64,000 nucleotides of DNA. Origin: Podarcis liolepis (taxonomy: Eukaryota). The position numbers were made by a program, and so were the translations under genes. Below are positions 61,208-64,000 of this stretch, piece after piece (within the stretch, counting starts at the first letter, position 1; every line of letters starts with the position of its first letter). The stretch lies in NCBI GenBank assembly GCA_965112155.1, contig OZ218107.1; one strand, written 5' to 3'. The notes beneath the pieces were generated by a model that was given only the letters and a program-made list of their open reading frames with translations, did not search any database and was not told the origin of the DNA.

Positions 61208-62554
61208 CTTAGGCCTCTCTTTTTCTAGTTAGATATTCTGAAAACATCCTATGGATCACTCTTCACACATGGGTGTTTTTCCTGTTATGCTGTAGAACAC
61301 CACCCCACAGGCCAACACACAGAACATCACCTGTGCTGTCATGGACATGTTTCTGTTTTATCATGCGGAGGCCTTGAAAATGCGCAACACGTATCCTCAA
61401 GACAGTGTGGGCACATGCGTGATCCTTACATGCATGGGAATAAACCTAGGATTTTCATACAGCTGTGCAAGGGGAGGGACGAAGGCCCTAGCTGTCTAGG
61501 AATTATGACGTGGGACTAAATCAGACACATAGCCAAGTACTACAGTTGTTCTATAGCTTGTGGATCAGGAACCAATGCAGGTCCCTGGAACTTTAAATTC
61601 ATTTCAAGCCTCTTGGGGATGGTGACCTGAAATGCTTTTGCATTCATGAAGATTGATTATTGCAGTGCTTCCAACACCACATGCTAAATGTAATCTTTGA
61701 ACCCATCAACATTAGCATGAAGTACATGAGGGTTAAATTAAGAAGCTTGCCGTGAACACCAGTGGAATCAAGATGCCACTTCCCCTCCCAAAATTCTTCA
61801 ACCCATTTAAAAAAATCTATTAGTATGCAGAAACAATACTACTTCTGTTGTTAATAAGAATATCTATATATGCTTACAGCAGTTTAGCTGTCAGTGAAAT
61901 CTAGTTGGTGCCACTACATTGACCAAAGGTGAATAGGGAGGCAGGTATTCCTCCTTCTTCCTGCAGAGCCATAAAATCTACTCCAAAAGGTCTCTCTGCC
62001 TTGTGGAATATATATTTTTGTTTGGGTGTGTGCGCGCAAAGGGCTGTAAATGGGAAGAGGAAACTTGAAAACAGCCTCTGTCAACTCATACTTTCTGTCT
62101 ATGGAGAAACACAAACTGAATTCTACTCTTGTGTATTTTGGGATGGATTGCTCTAGAGCTATAGTGAAATGTAGAGCACAGCATTAATTTGGAGCAAGTC
62201 CTTCTTTGAAGTTAAGGTTTCCCTTGTCAGACTCAGGATGGTGTTCTTCAGCTATACACTGTGTGAAAAATTGCCCTGGGCCATGGATCTCAAAAATCAT
62301 GATCCCCAAATTAACAGTACCTCTCAGCAGAACTGACAAATAGGTATCAGGGTAATTATGATAAACTACACAACAGTGCTATTGTCGAGAATATCATTTA
62401 TCAATCCTGTGGTCCCCATCATTCATGCATTTTACAGTTTGGGAATACAGTGACTTCAAAGAATAATAATCCATAATGGCTACATTCTCAAAAAGTCATG
62501 CTCACTAAACAAAATAATAGTAATAATAATAATCATAATAAAAGGTTTGTTGTA

Positions 62555-64000
62555 TAACTGGAAAAATGTAAAATTTTATTCCAAGAAAATTAACAGGCTA
62601 CACAGGTAAATTTTGGCAAATGCAACTTTATATTGAAATCCACACATCTGTATCTAAAAGAAGGAAAGACTCACAGACTCTAATGTATTTTCTAAAATAC
62701 TAGAAATCATATTATATGCTTTCACAAGTTAAAATTGAAATAATTTGAAACAACCAATACACCAAAATGTGCAGAAAGTATAAACAAGACTGTGCCTTCA
62801 GTAGAATAGATGCTTCACAAATTGTGCAATATATCTTACTAAGGCTGCGGTCTCCCCATGACAGTTGTCTTAAAAATATAAACATACATTGTCTGCCTGT
62901 GTTTCTCAGAACAAACTAGAATGGGCAACATACCTTAGGGCGGGGGAATATAATCCTAGTGATGAGCATACTGATTTGGGGAATCATGAGAATAAAAAAA
63001 GGAAAGAAGGGATTTTAAGTGATCTTTCATGCACTCCCAAATGGCAGACTGGAGTTAACCGATTCACTTTCTTTGCTTATTTCTAAAATGCTAAACAAAA
63101 TGGAAGATACTAGATAACCCTTTAAGGCAACATGTGGTTTATTCTGCGTAATGATTACTCCTTTGTCATGATTGGATAATCTCATTGATGTTGCCTAACA
63201 GACTGATATCTAGCTTTCGAAAATATAAAATGCATCCAATAAAAATTATAGCAAATCGTGATTTTTTTTAAAAAAAAGAAACAAAAATCAAATGAGACAT
63301 AGAACACAATTATATGCCAGTAATACTTCAGCCTGGAAACAAACAAACAAACCAGTATTTCGTTTCGTGGGGGATGGGGGCGAATGGCAGCAGGTGGGTG
63401 GGTGAAAGACGAAGAATGTATTTAGAGAAAAATAAAACCTAAGTTAAAAAAACAACAAGGGGAAAACCTCCCCAGCAACAACCCAAAAACACAAAACTGC
63501 TTTGTAATGCTCCCCAGAACTCACAAGGCAAATGTGGGGTGATAATCCAATACTAAATGGCACATCTCCCATTGGTTACAGGACTTAACACAGTCCCCAG
63601 ATTTTTGTATTTGAAAAACAATAATTGTATGAAATGATCTAAAGGTCATCCAGTGTCTTAAATAGTTTCATCAACACATTAACCTCATGTCAAACTTAAC
63701 TGATTCAGATGTCCAATTTTAATCTTTTTGTGATGGTCTTACTTTTATGTAGTGATATATACAGCATTGAGCGCTGATATATTTAGCACCTGCTACTTTC
63801 TGAATCACGATCTAGGTTTTCCACCACATCAAAGCATTTCAGGGCAGTGGCTCAGTCCTTTACTCTTAATTTACAAACCTTCGCGAGTGGCCAGCAGAAA
63901 CAAGTTTAGGTTTCGAAATAGGATTAGAGATGAGCTATTGCAAAGATTGCAGGACGTCGTTGCCCAAATCCTTACAACCGCTGACAGCCCCTGTTTGATT
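62555..64000 (-). other. GPR85: Probable 3' UTR of GPR85 (SREB2); the CDS would lie to the right of the window
   Basis: Minus-strand blocks AAGGATTTGGGCAAC, CTTTGCAATAG, AGGTTTGTAA, CCACTGCCCT, AAAGTAGCAGGTGCTAA, TTGGACATCT, TTGACATGAGG and GTTCTGGGGAGCATT occur in the order I recall from the human GPR85 3' UTR. GPR85 neighbours BMT2/SAMTOR on the same strand in human. No transposons were recognised in this stretch. Not verified by alignment. Confidence 0.7.
62575..62580 (-). terminator. Candidate polyadenylation signal (AATAAA) for the GPR85 transcript
   Basis: TTTATT on the plus strand at the distal end of the UTR-like block, followed on the minus strand by T-rich sequence. Confidence 0.5.

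Overview
Vertebrate nuclear DNA, almost certainly a squamate and probably a lacertid lizard, judged from its Sauria/Squam SINEs, BovB, hAT and Tc1/mariner MITEs and Penelope elements. The left end holds the CpG-island promoter and first coding exon of SAMTOR/BMT2 (C7orf60) on the minus strand. The right end looks like the 3' UTR of GPR85, also minus strand; that call rests on recalled similarity to the human UTR and on human synteny. The ~62 kb between them is intergenic and rich in transposons. The main feature is a young, intact Penelope/Poseidon-type retroelement (906-aa RT + GIY-YIG ORF) arranged as a partial tandem with a 2964-nt period. Each repeat carries a minimal hammerhead ribozyme, and the ORF's start codon lies inside the ribozyme core, upstream of the cleavage site. 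Also present are two SINE-mediated templated insertions copied from 6 kb and 18 kb away, several nested transposon insertions with clear target-site duplications, relics of an older Neptune-type Penelope family, and two assembly gaps (17046-17227, 53678-53813). Nearly all other ORFs in the supplied track look spurious.
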